Part shown: positions 1-10,104 of the stretch, piece after piece | How the letters are laid out: each line of letters opens with the position of its first letter | Numbering within the stretch: the first letter of the stretch is position 1 | NCBI GenBank assembly: GCA_964543385.1 | Contig: CAZIYE010000001.1 | Coordinates: 551,123-615,122 of the forward strand | DNA from: an uncultured Candidatus Saccharibacteria bacterium | Lineage (GTDB): Bacteria > Patescibacteriota > UBA1384 > XYA2-FULL-43-10 > 1-14-0-10-43-13 | DNA length: 64,000 nt | Direction: 5' to 3' | Translations under genes and position numbers: made by a program | The notes under the pieces: model-generated | Database searches by the model: none | Told to the model about the DNA's origin: nothing | Seen by the model: the letters and a program-made list of their open reading frames with translations, nothing else

Positions 1-446
1 TCTCAAAGTTTGTACTCAAAACTCCTTATGGTATTGGTCTTGGTAGTCCTTGGACAATGCAGCTAGCGATACAAGAAGCAGGGTTATTCAGAATTTTCTT
101 AGGTGCCATTGCAGTAATAATAACCAAACCATTTGGCATCCGTGGAGTTTTCTATAAAGTTGTTGGCAAGAGAGTAAATGCTATTGATGGGCCTTGCGAA
201 TATACGCTCCCACCGTATAACAAATATGCTAAACTGCCACCCAAAGACCCAGATAAAGTCGCCAGAGAAATCAAAGATGTACTTGGGCACGAAGTAGTTA
301 TAATAGATGCGAATGATTTGGGAGTAGAAATCTTGGGTAAATCATCAAGTGGTATTGAAGATAGTTTTGCTAAAGCGGTTTTTCGAGATAATCCTCTCGG
401 TCAGACCAACGAGCAGACTCCTATTTGTATTGTCCGTAAATCTTAA
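1..446 (+). CDS. C-terminal part of a CofE-like F420-0:gamma-glutamyl ligase-family protein (PF01996-like); gene starts upstream of the window
   Basis: The frame is open from nt 3 with no stop before the first Met at 57. The tail ...VIIDANDLGVEILGKS...GQTNEQTPICIVRK resembles the CofE C-terminus (...GVIITDTNGR...GEGGDGIPAVVVRG). Confidence 0.4.
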   Translation, partial: SKFVLKTPYGIGLGSPWTMQLAIQEAGLFRIFLGAIAVIITKPFGIRGVFYKVVGKRVNAIDGPCEYTLPPYNKYAKLPPKDPDKVAREIKDVLGHEVVIIDANDLGVEILGKSSSGIEDSFAKAVFRDNPLGQTNEQTPICIVRKS

Positions 447-464
447 CAAAGCCATTGGAGGGCT

Positions 465-2582
465 GTGCGCAATATTGATGGTATAAGGAAAAAAAGCACA
501 AGATCTGCATGGAGAGAGGAAGAAAATCCTCATATTTTGCCGTTGGCAAAAGAAAATGCACCTCCTCGAGATAATCCAAAGATAATCATCCCTGTAGATA
601 TCGCAAAAGAGGATTATCAAAAACCGCCAGTCTCAGATAAGCCAATCTCCAATGGCAAAAAAGTTTGGAGAGCAGGTACCGGTTTGTCGCAAAAAAACTT
701 GATAATAGTTTTTCTGATTGCTTTGCTTTTATTTGGCGGTAAGACAGCCTTTTCCAGTGGCGAAAAAAAAGCCATTGCTTTGAAAAGGGAAATGGGTACG
801 AAAATTGCAATTATTGAGAACAAAATATCAAAAGTCCAAAAAGAAGCTGCTAGCGGCAATATCTCCAATGCGGTTAATGATCTGACAAATTTAAAAACAG
901 ACATTTTAGAATTAAAAATGTTTGCTCAATCATGGGGTCAGGATATAAAGTACTTTCAAATTTTAAATGCCAACACAGAACTAACTAAGAATGAAAAATT
1001 GCTGAGTACGGCCTATGAAGCCATTATGATTATTGATTCTCTTCCTGTTGATATGAAGAAACTAGAATCAACTTCATATCTTAGTCAAGGTGATTCTATC
1101 GCCGATATCAAAGCATTTAGACTGGAGCTATCTAGAGTAATAGATAAATTCGATAGTTTCGCAGTTCGGGCTAGGGATAATCTTCAAGGCATAAGCTATA
1201 CCAAAAGTTTGCTCCCAAAAATTGATCAATTAATTAATAAAATTAATTATGCTAAGAAGATAGCCAATAATGATCTTTTTTGGCTTTCCGGAGAAGATGG
1301 TACAGATAAAAATATTTTGGTCATTTTCCAAAATAATCGTGAATTACGTGGTGGCAGTGGTGGCTCATTTGGTTCGTTTGGGGTTGCTAGAATCAAGGGG
1401 GGCAAATTGCAAAAAATTGATTTTGGCACAAATATATACAAGCTCGACAAAGCTTTTATGGAAAAGGAGCAGATAGCTTCTCCATCTGAGCTCGAGGCTT
1501 TTGGTGGTATTTGGAGCTTAAAGCATTCTGGATTTGCTGTTGATGGCGCCGAAGCACTAGACAAAATCCGTTGGTTCTATGAAAAGGAAACCGGTGAGAA
1601 AGTTGACGGTGCTGTCACTATCGATACAGATACAATCGTATCTTTGCTTAGAGTAACTGGTCCAATCGACATGCCGGCATATCAGAAGACCTTAAATGCT
1701 GACAATTTTGTTGATGAGACAATGGCTGAAGTTCAAAATGACTATTTCGAGCGCACTGGAGGCAAAGTAGAAAATGAACCAAAGAAAATAATAGGAGATA
1801 TGACTCCAATCTTCATCACAAAACTTACTGCTGCTCTCAATGACAAGCAAAAATCGTTGGAGATAGTAAACTCATTGAAGCAATCATTCGCACAGAAACA
1901 CATATTGTTCAACTTTGCCAAGGAAGATTTACAGAAAGAAATGGTCGGTCTCAATCTAGCCGGAACAGTAAAGAATTCAATCGGGGACTATCTCTATATA
2001 AACAATTCAAACTTAGCCGGTGCTAAGACTAACCAAAATATGGTCGAAAATGTCATTCTGAATTCAGAAATATCTAAAGATGGTAAAATAACTAATAATC
2101 TCTCTCTAGAGAGAGTCCACACTGGAAAATCAAAAGCCCCTGATGGCTTGGACCGCAATTACGTTAGAATTTTGATCCCAAGTGACAGTAAGGTATTGTC
2201 ATTTAATGCCAAGAAGGGAAATTTCCAGCGTTATTATGATCGAGGATTTAGAAATAGTCAGCCTTTTTGGACAGATAAAGAGGCTGGAAAGAGTAGCATA
2301 AATTTCTGGATGTCGACATTGCCTCAAAATTCAACTCAGGCGGAGATGAGTTACGAGCCCAATTATCACCTAGACCTTACAAAAAGTTTTACCTATATTA
2401 TGAATTTTCAGAGACAGCCTGGTGCACCGGCTGATAATATTGAGTTAAATTTGAGCTACCCTGAGGGTTTCCAGCCTATAAATGTGGATAATCTGGGTCA
2501 GCTTGATAGCAAGATCAAACTTAAATTCAAAGTTGACACTGACAAAGAGATTAAAATAAAGTTTATTAAAACTACAAAGTAG
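465..2582 (+). CDS. DUF4012 domain membrane-anchored protein (cell-envelope glycopolymer associated)
   Basis: N-terminal TM helix (LIIVFLIALLLFGG). The motif FQNNRELRGGSGGSFGSFG matches the DUF4012 core (QNNAELRPTGGFIGSYG). The true start may be an internal Met. Confidence 0.6.
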   Translation: MRNIDGIRKKSTRSAWREEENPHILPLAKENAPPRDNPKIIIPVDIAKEDYQKPPVSDKPISNGKKVWRAGTGLSQKNLIIVFLIALLLFGGKTAFSSGEKKAIALKREMGTKIAIIENKISKVQKEAASGNISNAVNDLTNLKTDILELKMFAQSWGQDIKYFQILNANTELTKNEKLLSTAYEAIMIIDSLPVDMKKLESTSYLSQGDSIADIKAFRLELSRVIDKFDSFAVRARDNLQGISYTKSLLPKIDQLINKINYAKKIANNDLFWLSGEDGTDKNILVIFQNNRELRGGSGGSFGSFGVARIKGGKLQKIDFGTNIYKLDKAFMEKEQIASPSELEAFGGIWSLKHSGFAVDGAEALDKIRWFYEKETGEKVDGAVTIDTDTIVSLLRVTGPIDMPAYQKTLNADNFVDETMAEVQNDYFERTGGKVENEPKKIIGDMTPIFITKLTAALNDKQKSLEIVNSLKQSFAQKHILFNFAKEDLQKEMVGLNLAGTVKNSIGDYLYINNSNLAGAKTNQNMVENVILNSEISKDGKITNNLSLERVHTGKSKAPDGLDRNYVRILIPSDSKVLSFNAKKGNFQRYYDRGFRNSQPFWTDKEAGKSSINFWMSTLPQNSTQAEMSYEPNYHLDLTKSFTYIMNFQRQPGAPADNIELNLSYPEGFQPINVDNLGQLDSKIKLKFKVDTDKEIKIKFIKTTK

Positions 2583-2585
2583 ATT

Positions 2586-3890
2586 ATGTTAAAAAATATA
2601 GATCAAGCAATATTGTTGAAAAGTAGAGCATTACGTTGGATTTTGTTAATAATTATTGCCTATATTCCTTTTTACCGCTTTGTCCAAGCATTTCTTGAAA
2701 ATCATACTCAGCTTTCTAGCGGGACAGTTTTTTGGCTCTCGCATTGGTATGAGCCAGCAATTGTCATTTTAATATTCTTCTATTTTGCCATTTACCTATT
2801 TAAGAAAGAGCGGAAAATTGGGGCTGATCTTGTCTTGGCACTCATATTATTAAGTATGGGCACTCTTTCTATTTTTCTAGGAACTAAAGGTATCAGTAGG
2901 GGGATAGAGGGTTTTCGTTTTGTTGTGTTGCCCGTAGCGATTTTTGCCACTGCCTATCTGGCTGGTTTTGATAAGAATGCTCTCAAGAAATTTATTAATG
3001 TTTACATCGTAAGCGCTGTCATGATTGGCTTGTGGGCGTTGATTGAGCAAATCTTACCTTCAAATTATTGGTCACTTTGGGGTATCTTAAGCCCTAGTGC
3101 TTCGACATGGTTCGGTGCCCATACCGTTGATGGTATTAGACAAAGTGTATCTTTTATCGGCGGGCCCAATCAATTGGCTGCATATCTTCTGCCAGCATTT
3201 TTTATCTTGTTATCTAGTGGTAATGACATTACAAAGAAATTTCGTTGGGCACTGATCATCATTCTGGGAGCGGCTATAATTTTGACTTTTTCACGCTCTG
3301 CATTTATCGGGTTGATTATTGGTCTTATTTTATTCTTTATCTTAAATAAGAGTAATTTCGTTCGCTGGTTTGGATTGGCTTCATTTGTATTAGTCTTTGT
3401 TGCTATGTTCTTTATTTACCAATTTGGTGGTCCAACGGTTAAGAGTGTTTTTACTCATGGGGCTTCACAATCAGGTCATGCCTCGGCTCTGCAGGAATCG
3501 GTTTCAGAATTGAAATCAAGGACGTCTGATCTGCCAACTCTTATCTTCGGTTCTGGCTTGGGCAGTGCAGGGCCAGCCGCAATGAAATATGGCGATGGGA
3601 TTATCTCGGAATCATGGTATTTAGAAATTATTTTAGAGCTCGGCCTTTTTGGTATTTTTATATGGCTGCTTTATTTCTTTTTTATCGCCAAAAAGACAAT
3701 CAATTCGAATAGGGGATTATTTCTTGGTTTTATTTCCGTCGCAATCGCATCGTTATTTTTGCACACGCTCTCTGACAATCCGGCTGGAACATTTATTCTA
3801 TTTGCATTACTAGGCATAAACAACAGTTTATTATCAAAGGATAGCAAAAATATTCAAATAAAATTTGACCAAAGAACCGATAAAAGTTAG
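2586..3890 (+). CDS. O-antigen ligase-like (Wzy_C/WaaL family) polytopic membrane protein
   Basis: About 10 TM segments. The loop TFSRSAFIGLIIGLILFF is typical of the Wzy_C / O-antigen ligase family. Confidence 0.6.
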   Translation: MLKNIDQAILLKSRALRWILLIIIAYIPFYRFVQAFLENHTQLSSGTVFWLSHWYEPAIVILIFFYFAIYLFKKERKIGADLVLALILLSMGTLSIFLGTKGISRGIEGFRFVVLPVAIFATAYLAGFDKNALKKFINVYIVSAVMIGLWALIEQILPSNYWSLWGILSPSASTWFGAHTVDGIRQSVSFIGGPNQLAAYLLPAFFILLSSGNDITKKFRWALIIILGAAIILTFSRSAFIGLIIGLILFFILNKSNFVRWFGLASFVLVFVAMFFIYQFGGPTVKSVFTHGASQSGHASALQESVSELKSRTSDLPTLIFGSGLGSAGPAAMKYGDGIISESWYLEIILELGLFGIFIWLLYFFFIAKKTINSNRGLFLGFISVAIASLFLHTLSDNPAGTFILFALLGINNSLLSKDSKNIQIKFDQRTDKS

Positions 3891-3922
3891 ATTTAAAAAT
3901 AAATCATTATGGAAAGCCAAAA

Positions 3923-5128
3923 ATGAAACTTAATTCTCAAACAAGTATATTTTATCTTCTCTGCGTACTACTCATTTTTTTGCCATTAAGCTCATGGCTA
4001 GTCAGTTTGACCGGCTTGGCTTCTCTAACTTTAGTCAGGGATATCTTGATACTAATAATGGCTGCTTTGATAATTTTTAATTTTGACTGGAAAAAGATAA
4101 ATAAGACAATTTTCTGGTTAGCACTCGCCTTTATAATTTGGGGAGTCCTATCATTCTTTTGGAGGGAAGCCAGTGCAATGCAGTGGCTCAAAGGCTTCAG
4201 ATTCACATTTCTACCAATTATTTTCTTCCTTTCCATCGCAAATTCTAAGCTGAGTGAAAGTCAGAAGAGTACTATTTATAAGTTGATATTCGGCGGGGCA
4301 ATAGTGATATTAATTCTGGCAGCCCTTTCCCTATTTGGAGTCAATGTCCCTCTCATTACCTCTTTCTCAAGTCAGGGCGCCTTGGAAAGCGTTCATTATG
4401 TTGGCGATAGTAGTATCCCAAGACTGCAATCAGTTCTCGCTGGCCCAAATGCACTCGGGCTTTATTTAATGGCAATATTTGGCTTAGCAATTGGTCATTT
4501 AAAAAATAATAAACTTGCCAAATTTTTGCTTTTACCGATTATAATTATCCTTTTTCTAACATTTTCCAGAAGTGCTTTGATCGGTGCTTTTGTCTTGACT
4601 TTGGCAACAATATTCCTCTTTTTCAAAGAAAAGATTGGCGCTTGCAAATCGGCCATTATTATAGCCGTCATTTCAGTGGCGGTAGCTCTCGCCGGTTTCA
4701 TAGCTTATAAGAGTCCTGCATTGCAAAATTATTTTACTCATGACAATTCCTCTTCGCTCAGATATGAACAATATCAGAGGATTTGGGATATAAAAGCTGA
4801 AATCGGCTTGTTTGGAAGAGGATCAGGTACGGCCGGACCTTCCTCTCAATCTCGTCTTGATAACGGCGAAAATCATTGGACTGAAAATATCTACTTAGAT
4901 ATATTTGAGGAGCTTGGGTTTATCGGTTTATTTTTATATTTAATTTTAATTGGCGCCCTAATCTTTTCAACTTATAAGCGGGGGAACAAGAGCGCATTCT
5001 TAATTTTGACCGCTTTTGCCGTCACTGGTATTTTTATCAACTATTACACTGGCCAAGTCGGTATTTTCCTGATGTGGCTGATGGCAGCTTTAGTTTTGAA
5101 TAATGATAAAAAGGATATTAATGAATAA
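3923..5128 (+). CDS. O-antigen ligase-like (Wzy_C family) membrane protein, tandem paralog of the upstream gene
   Basis: Polytopic. The motif LTFSRSALIGAFVLTLATIFLFF matches Wzy_C. The architecture and length are the same as the preceding ORF. Confidence 0.6.
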   Translation: MKLNSQTSIFYLLCVLLIFLPLSSWLVSLTGLASLTLVRDILILIMAALIIFNFDWKKINKTIFWLALAFIIWGVLSFFWREASAMQWLKGFRFTFLPIIFFLSIANSKLSESQKSTIYKLIFGGAIVILILAALSLFGVNVPLITSFSSQGALESVHYVGDSSIPRLQSVLAGPNALGLYLMAIFGLAIGHLKNNKLAKFLLLPIIIILFLTFSRSALIGAFVLTLATIFLFFKEKIGACKSAIIIAVISVAVALAGFIAYKSPALQNYFTHDNSSSLRYEQYQRIWDIKAEIGLFGRGSGTAGPSSQSRLDNGENHWTENIYLDIFEELGFIGLFLYLILIGALIFSTYKRGNKSAFLILTAFAVTGIFINYYTGQVGIFLMWLMAALVLNNDKKDINE

Positions 5129-6287
5129 GGCAAAAAGAATCCTAGTTGATGGCAGGTTTGTCGGTGTTGGCGAATCTATCTCTCGATACACCTTAGAAAT
5201 GCTTAATGGTATTTTAAAATTGGATAAAGAAAATCAATATACCTTACTGATAAGACCCCAAGGTGAGCGTGCACTTGAAAGGTACCCAGATATTGTCAAT
5301 GCGCCAAACCTCAAAGTTGATATTTTAGAAATTCCTCATTACTCACTAGCTGAACAAACGAAGCTTTTAACCTACTTAAACAAAGAGAAATTTGATCTAG
5401 TTCACTTTACCCAATTCAATCATCCTATTTTTTACAAAGGTGATTATGTCACCACAATTCATGATCTTACTCTTGTCGGCCATTTACACTATTTCAATTT
5501 TGCTAAACAATTGGCCTATAATATGGTGATGAAATCGGCTGCCAGAGACTCAAAAAAGGTGATAGCAATCTCAAAGACTTCGATGGACGATGTAATAGAT
5601 TTTTTTGGCACACCAAAGAAGAAGTTTGAGATCATTTATCATGGTATTGACCACGCCAATTACAATTGGCAAGTCAAAAGTCAAAAGTCAAAAGTCAAAA
5701 GTTTTAAGGAAAAATATGGCATTCAACGCGACTATATTCTCTATACCGGTATGTGGAAGAAACACAAAAATTTGATCCGACTTTTCCAAGCCTTCGAAGA
5801 ATTCAAAAAAGAAACAAAAAACCCAATCCAGCTTGTCATGACGGGTAAAATTGATAAGAATGAGCCAGAAGTCATCGCCGAAATGGAAAGAGTCAATAAG
5901 TCTCTATCTTCTATATCAAAAAATCAATCTTCTATCCAAACAACTGGTTTTATTGACGAAGAAGAGCTGCCGATCGCTTATGCTGGGGCGTCTATGTACG
6001 TGATCCCTTCACTATCTGAAGGTTTTGGTTGGCCACCGCTCGAAGCAATGGCTTGCGGTACACCAGTAATTGCCTCAGATATCTCATGTATTCCTGAAAT
6101 ATTGGGTGATGCCCCATATTATTTTGATCCATATAAAATAGAAGAAATAACCAAAGCGATCTCAACTGTGTTGGGTGATGAAAAAGTTCAGAAAGAGCTA
6201 GCGGAAAAAGGGCTCAAACGGGTCAAAAAGTATAATTGGAACGAAACCGCTAAAAAGACCTTGGAAGTATATAAAAGTTTGATATAA
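5103..6287 (+). CDS. Glycosyltransferase family 4 (GT-B, RfaB-like)
   Basis: C-terminal motif [31 protein letters not shown] (GT4 E-x7-E signature). The real start is possibly ATG 5121, overlapping the upstream stop. Confidence 0.85.
   Translation: MIKRILMNKAKRILVDGRFVGVGESISRYTLEMLNGILKLDKENQYTLLIRPQGERALERYPDIVNAPNLKVDILEIPHYSLAEQTKLLTYLNKEKFDLVHFTQFNHPIFYKGDYVTTIHDLTLVGHLHYFNFAKQLAYNMVMKSAARDSKKVIAISKTSMDDVIDFFGTPKKKFEIIYHGIDHANYNWQVKSQKSKVKSFKEKYGIQRDYILYTGMWKKHKNLIRLFQAFEEFKKETKNPIQLVMTGKIDKNEPEVIAEMERVNKSLSSISKNQSSIQTTGFIDEEELPIAYAGASMYVIPSLSEGFGWPPLEAMACGTPVIASDISCIPEILGDAPYYFDPYKIEEITKAISTVLGDEKVQKELAEKGLKRVKKYNWNETAKKTLEVYKSLI
5673..5700 (+). repeat. Heptanucleotide microsatellite (GTCAAAA)x4 inside the GT4 coding sequence
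   Basis: Direct read: gtcaaaa gtcaaaa gtcaaaa gtcaaaa, encoding [10 protein letters not shown] in frame. Confidence 0.8.
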
Positions 6288-6359
6288 GTTTAATCATTTC
6301 CTTACTATAATTATTCTTGCGAAGCAATCTATTCTTTTGGCACTCTCTATATAACTAAA

Positions 6360-6391
6360 GTACGCCTGATCCCCGAAGGGAACAGGCGTAC
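6360..6391 (-). terminator. Rho-independent terminator for the GC-rich lipoprotein gene (weaker on the plus strand for the GT4 gene)
   Basis: GTACGCCTG-atccccgaagggaa-CAGGCGTAC perfect 9-bp stem. On the minus strand it is followed by TTTAGTTATATAG. Confidence 0.7.
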
Positions 6392-6411
6392 TTGATACTT
6401 GGCAGGGAAAG

Positions 6412-7176
6412 TCAGCGACTAAATCCCATGCCGGGGTCATCTGGTAAACCGGTGACCGTGTAGGTGGTGGTTTCTTCTATTGTTTCTCCAGTGTCAAGGT
6501 TTGTCACGATGACATGGAGGGTGCCCTCGCCATTAGCTGCGGCGTAGAAGCCATCAGCTGTTTTGGCCAGTGCATTTCTTTCTCCCGGGACATCCCACTC
6601 CGTTTTGATATGGTACCACGAGGTACCAAAACCAATGCGGAAGTAGTGTGCACCGGTGATACTAAAATGCCTGGTGCGATCTGGCATGACTTGGGCCATG
6701 TCTCCAACGGTTGTGTCAAAGACAGTTGTTAATGCAGTGCCAATAGGCGGTTTGGGATTGCAGATAAAGATATACTCACCTGCATTCCATTTGAAGGCGC
6801 CCTGTTGTGCAGTCGCAGTTGCAGTGTAGGCTTTGCCAGCCGCAACTATGGTGCTCAAGGTTGGCATAACTCCTTTTACATCATTGCTGATGCTCAGGCC
6901 CCCCCCAGGGGTGTTTTCGGTCTCGGTCACTTTGATCGTGACCTCTATTGGTAGCGGCTGGGGTGACCAGGTGGCGATTGCCTTCAAGGTCGTGCCAGCG
7001 GTGAGCTTGGTCGTACCCTCGGAGAGGGTGACCATGTTTCCAGCGCCATCCGTGAAACGGAGGCTGAGCCGGGGTTGCTCGTTGGAAGTCGAAGTGGCAC
7101 CAGTGCCACAGCCGGCCAGAATTCCGGCGCAAGCGATGATGAGCAACAGGCTCATGGCTGAGAGGATACGGCGCAT
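6412..7176 (-). CDS. Secreted lipoprotein of unknown function, compositionally foreign (GC-rich)
   Basis: Signal peptide plus lipobox (LLLIIACAGILAGC). The Thr/Gly/Ala-rich beta-type sequence is markedly GC-rich relative to its flanks. Strong SD AAGGAG 6 nt upstream of the ATG. Confidence 0.6.
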   Translation of the reverse strand: MRRILSAMSLLLIIACAGILAGCGTGATSTSNEQPRLSLRFTDGAGNMVTLSEGTTKLTAGTTLKAIATWSPQPLPIEVTIKVTETENTPGGGLSISNDVKGVMPTLSTIVAAGKAYTATATAQQGAFKWNAGEYIFICNPKPPIGTALTTVFDTTVGDMAQVMPDRTRHFSITGAHYFRIGFGTSWYHIKTEWDVPGERNALAKTADGFYAAANGEGTLHVIVTNLDTGETIEETTTYTVTGLPDDPGMGFSR

Positions 7177-7241
7177 CGATTTTCTCCTTATGCTTTCTTC
7201 AGCTGGTGGGATGATCCCATCGTCAGCTTAAAAACTTGCTA

Positions 7242-7270
7242 TATATTAACATAAATAACGTAAAATGTCA
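7242..7270 (-). promoter_or_regulatory. Sigma70-like promoter for the lipoprotein gene (TTGACA-17-TAATAT on the minus strand)
   Basis: Read on the reverse complement: cTTGACAttttacgttatttatgtTAATATatag. A GC-rich quasi-palindrome (cagctggtgggatgatcccatcgtcagct, 7205-7228) lies in the 5'UTR. Confidence 0.4.
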
Positions 7271-7273
7271 AGA

Positions 7274-7302
7274 TTGAAGAAAGAGTCCCCTTATGCTAGA
7301 TT
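7274..7302 (+). promoter_or_regulatory. Putative promoter for hppA (TTGAAG-17-TAGATT)
   Basis: Divergent from the lipoprotein promoter, about 100 nt upstream of the hppA ATG. Confidence 0.3.
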
Positions 7303-7400
7303 ATGCTTAATATATAAGGTCAAAAGTTTGTAAAGCAACTCAAAAGAGTGCTTTATGAGCTTTTTACTTTATAACTTTATTAACCAATCGGGAGTTTTCC

Positions 7401-9503
7401 ATGTACACAATTGCGATGATCCTGGCGCTTGGTGCCGCCATTGTTTCTATTATTTACGGCCTTATTTTGGTCATGAGCGTTAATAAGATGCCTGCTGGCA
7501 ATAAGAAAATGGTTGACATTGCGAAAGCAATCCAAGAAGGCGCGATGGCGTTTCTAAATCGCCAATATTCCGCTGTTGGCATGGTTGCCGCAGTTCTCTT
7601 TGTAATATTGCTTTATGCACTTGGCTGGAAAATTGCCGTTGGCTTCTTGGTCGGCGCAATCTTTTCTGCTTTGGCTGGCTATATCGGTATGAATGTTTCC
7701 GTTCGCGGAAATGTCAGAACTGCTGAAGCTTCCAGAAAGGGTCTGCCATTTGGCATGGATGTTGCTTTCAAGTCAGGAACTGTGACTGGAATGCTTGTTG
7801 TAGGTTTAGCACTTCTCGCGGTTGCTGGGTATTATGCACTCACCAAAGACATCAACGCCCTGATCGGTCTTGGTTTCGGCGGATCTCTTATCTCAATTTT
7901 TGCTAGACTTGGCGGCGGAATCTTTACAAAGGCTGCAGACGTCGGAGCTGATCTAGTTGGCAAGGTAGAAGCAGGAATTCCTGAAGATGATCCAAGAAAT
8001 CCGGCTGTTATCGCTGATAATGTTGGTGATAATGTTGGTGACTGTGCTGGCATGGCCGCTGACCTATTTGAGACCTACTCAGTAACTGCTATTGCTGCAA
8101 TGCTTTTAGGACACCTTTTCTTCCCAGATTTCGAGAATGCAGTTTTATTTCCACTCATTCTTGGTGCTGCTTCAATCGTAACTTCAATTATCGGTAGTTG
8201 GTTTGTAAAGCTTGGAAAAAATTCCAAAAACATCATGGGCACTCTATATAGAGGTTTGATTGTTGCTGGTGTTTTAGCTGCTATTGCTTTCTACTTCATC
8301 ACAAATTGGATGATGGCAGACAACGGACAATATACAACTCTTGAAATTTATCTGACAGCCTTGATTGGCTTGGGTGTCACCGCTGCATTATGTATAATTA
8401 CGGAATATTTTACTTCGACAAAATTTCAACCAGTCCAATCGATCGCACAGAGTTCTCAGACAGGTCACGGTACAAATATTATCACTGGTTTGGCTGTCTC
8501 GATGAGATCAACAGCAATGCCTGTAATAGTTATTGGTGCTGCTATCTTGGGCGCTTACTCTCTTGCCGGACTTTTCGGTATCGCTATCGCCGCTATGGCA
8601 ATGCTTTCAATGGCAGGTATCATCGTAGCTATTGATGCTTTCGGTCCAGTTGTTGATAATGCTGGCGGAATAGCAGAGATGAGTGAAATGCCATCTGATG
8701 TTCGTGTTCACACTGATGCACTTGACGCAGTAGGAAACACTACAAAAGCTGTTACCAAGGGTTATGCTATCGGTTCAGCTGCTCTTGCCGCTATGGTTTT
8801 ATTTGCTGACTACACTGAGAAACTTAAAGCAGCTGGTGGACATTATGCTTTTGATCTTACTGATCCAAAAGTTTTAGTAGGTTTATTTATTGGTGGCTTG
8901 CTTCCATATTATTTTGGTTCTCTGGCTATGGAGGCTGTCGGTAAGGCTGCTGGTGCTGTTGTCGAAGAAGTACGAAGACAATTCCGCGAGATGAAAGGCA
9001 TCATGGAAGGCAAAGTAAAGCCTGATTATGCTAAAGCTGTTGATATTGTAACTAAAGCAGCTATCAAAGAAATGATCCTTCCTGCTGCTATTACAGTTGC
9101 TGCTCCAATCCTAGTTGGCTTCTTGCTCGGTCCTGTTGCCCTCGGTGGCTTTCTGATTGGTACGATTATCACCGGACTTTTTGTTGCAATCTCGATGACT
9201 TCTGGCGGCGGTGCTTGGGATAATGCCAAGAAATACATCGAAGAAGGTAATTTCGGCGGCAAGGGCTCGATCGCTCATCAAGCTGCTGTGACAGGTGATA
9301 CTGTTGGTGATCCATATAAAGACACTGCTGGTCCTGCTATCAATCCGATCATCAAGGTTGTGAATATTATTGCTCTTCTGATTGCTGGTACATTGATCAA
9401 GGTTGAGCTCACAAATACAACCAAGATTGTAGTTGTTGCAGTTATCATTCTCGGTATTACTGCTTGGATGCTCCTCGGTAACAAGAAGAAATCTGTTAAA
9501 TAG
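7401..9503 (+). CDS. hppA: Membrane-bound H+-translocating pyrophosphatase, K+-independent type
   Basis: Motifs [18 protein letters not shown] and [26 protein letters not shown]. The GNTTKA motif has Lys at the Ala/Lys position, which indicates K+ independence. Confidence 0.9.
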   Translation: MYTIAMILALGAAIVSIIYGLILVMSVNKMPAGNKKMVDIAKAIQEGAMAFLNRQYSAVGMVAAVLFVILLYALGWKIAVGFLVGAIFSALAGYIGMNVSVRGNVRTAEASRKGLPFGMDVAFKSGTVTGMLVVGLALLAVAGYYALTKDINALIGLGFGGSLISIFARLGGGIFTKAADVGADLVGKVEAGIPEDDPRNPAVIADNVGDNVGDCAGMAADLFETYSVTAIAAMLLGHLFFPDFENAVLFPLILGAASIVTSIIGSWFVKLGKNSKNIMGTLYRGLIVAGVLAAIAFYFITNWMMADNGQYTTLEIYLTALIGLGVTAALCIITEYFTSTKFQPVQSIAQSSQTGHGTNIITGLAVSMRSTAMPVIVIGAAILGAYSLAGLFGIAIAAMAMLSMAGIIVAIDAFGPVVDNAGGIAEMSEMPSDVRVHTDALDAVGNTTKAVTKGYAIGSAALAAMVLFADYTEKLKAAGGHYAFDLTDPKVLVGLFIGGLLPYYFGSLAMEAVGKAAGAVVEEVRRQFREMKGIMEGKVKPDYAKAVDIVTKAAIKEMILPAAITVAAPILVGFLLGPVALGGFLIGTIITGLFVAISMTSGGGAWDNAKKYIEEGNFGGKGSIAHQAAVTGDTVGDPYKDTAGPAINPIIKVVNIIALLIAGTLIKVELTNTTKIVVVAVIILGITAWMLLGNKKKSVK

Positions 9504-9513
9504 TTGAGACAAT

Positions 9514-9533
9514 GGCTCCGCGAATGCGGGGCC
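9514..9533 (+). terminator. GC-rich hairpin after hppA (GGCTCCGC-gaat-GCGGGGCC)
   Basis: 8-bp stem including one G-U pair, followed by a U-containing tail. Weak-to-moderate terminator. Confidence 0.35.
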
Positions 9534-9563
9534 ATCTCTTACATATTTAAAGATAGTGGAAAT

Positions 9564-9836
9564 ATGACTAAGAAGATAATATTGCCTGTTGCAGCCTTGT
9601 TGCTCTCGGTAATTATCTTTTTGTCATATCAATATTTCAGAGATTATCAGACAAAAGAACAGGAAGAACAGTACGAAAAACAGACTTGTGCCAAAGAGGG
9701 AGAAGAAACTTTTGAACTGGTCGCTGACGCTAATCCTAGAAATTGTTGCGCAGGGCTAAAACCTTTTCGTGATTCAGAAACCCGTCCAGATGGTAGCTCG
9801 TGGATTTCAGGGACAGAGATATGTGTTAAGAATTAA
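9564..9836 (+). CDS. Small secreted/membrane-anchored Cys-containing protein (hypothetical)
   Basis: Internal Met start MTKKIILPVAALLLSVIIFL (signal/anchor) with GGAAAT upstream. The C-terminal part carries 4 Cys. Confidence 0.35.
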   Translation: MTKKIILPVAALLLSVIIFLSYQYFRDYQTKEQEEQYEKQTCAKEGEETFELVADANPRNCCAGLKPFRDSETRPDGSSWISGTEICVKN

Positions 9837-9849
9837 TTTATAAAGCTAA

Positions 9850-10104
9850 TTGCCAATGAAAACAGAACGAAGCAACAAAATCAGGTTCATCTTCGGTAGC
9901 GCTATTATTCTAATGGCAGTTCTTATTCTTTATAATGCTCTAAATAATGGTCCTAGCGATCACGCCTGGGCAAACTTTATGATTTTGACATTACTGGGAG
10001 TCAGTTGGTTCTTGCCTCCGGTCAAAGAAATGTCCTTGTGGCTGTTTCTAAGAATATTAGTTATCATGGTGATGGCTTTTACTGCCGGTTATATCTGGAG
10101 ATAG
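9850..10104 (+). CDS. Small two-TM membrane protein (hypothetical)
   Basis: Two hydrophobic helices. The stop overlaps the start of the next ORF (TAGATG). Confidence 0.3.
   Translation: MPMKTERSNKIRFIFGSAIILMAVLILYNALNNGPSDHAWANFMILTLLGVSWFLPPVKEMSLWLFLRILVIMVMAFTAGYIWR

Noticed and set aside
6504-7231. Four antisense/overlapping ORFs (71-132 aa) inside the GC-rich lipoprotein gene
   Set aside because: High GC suppresses stop codons in all frames. Only the minus-strand lipoprotein frame has a signal peptide, SD, promoter and terminator.
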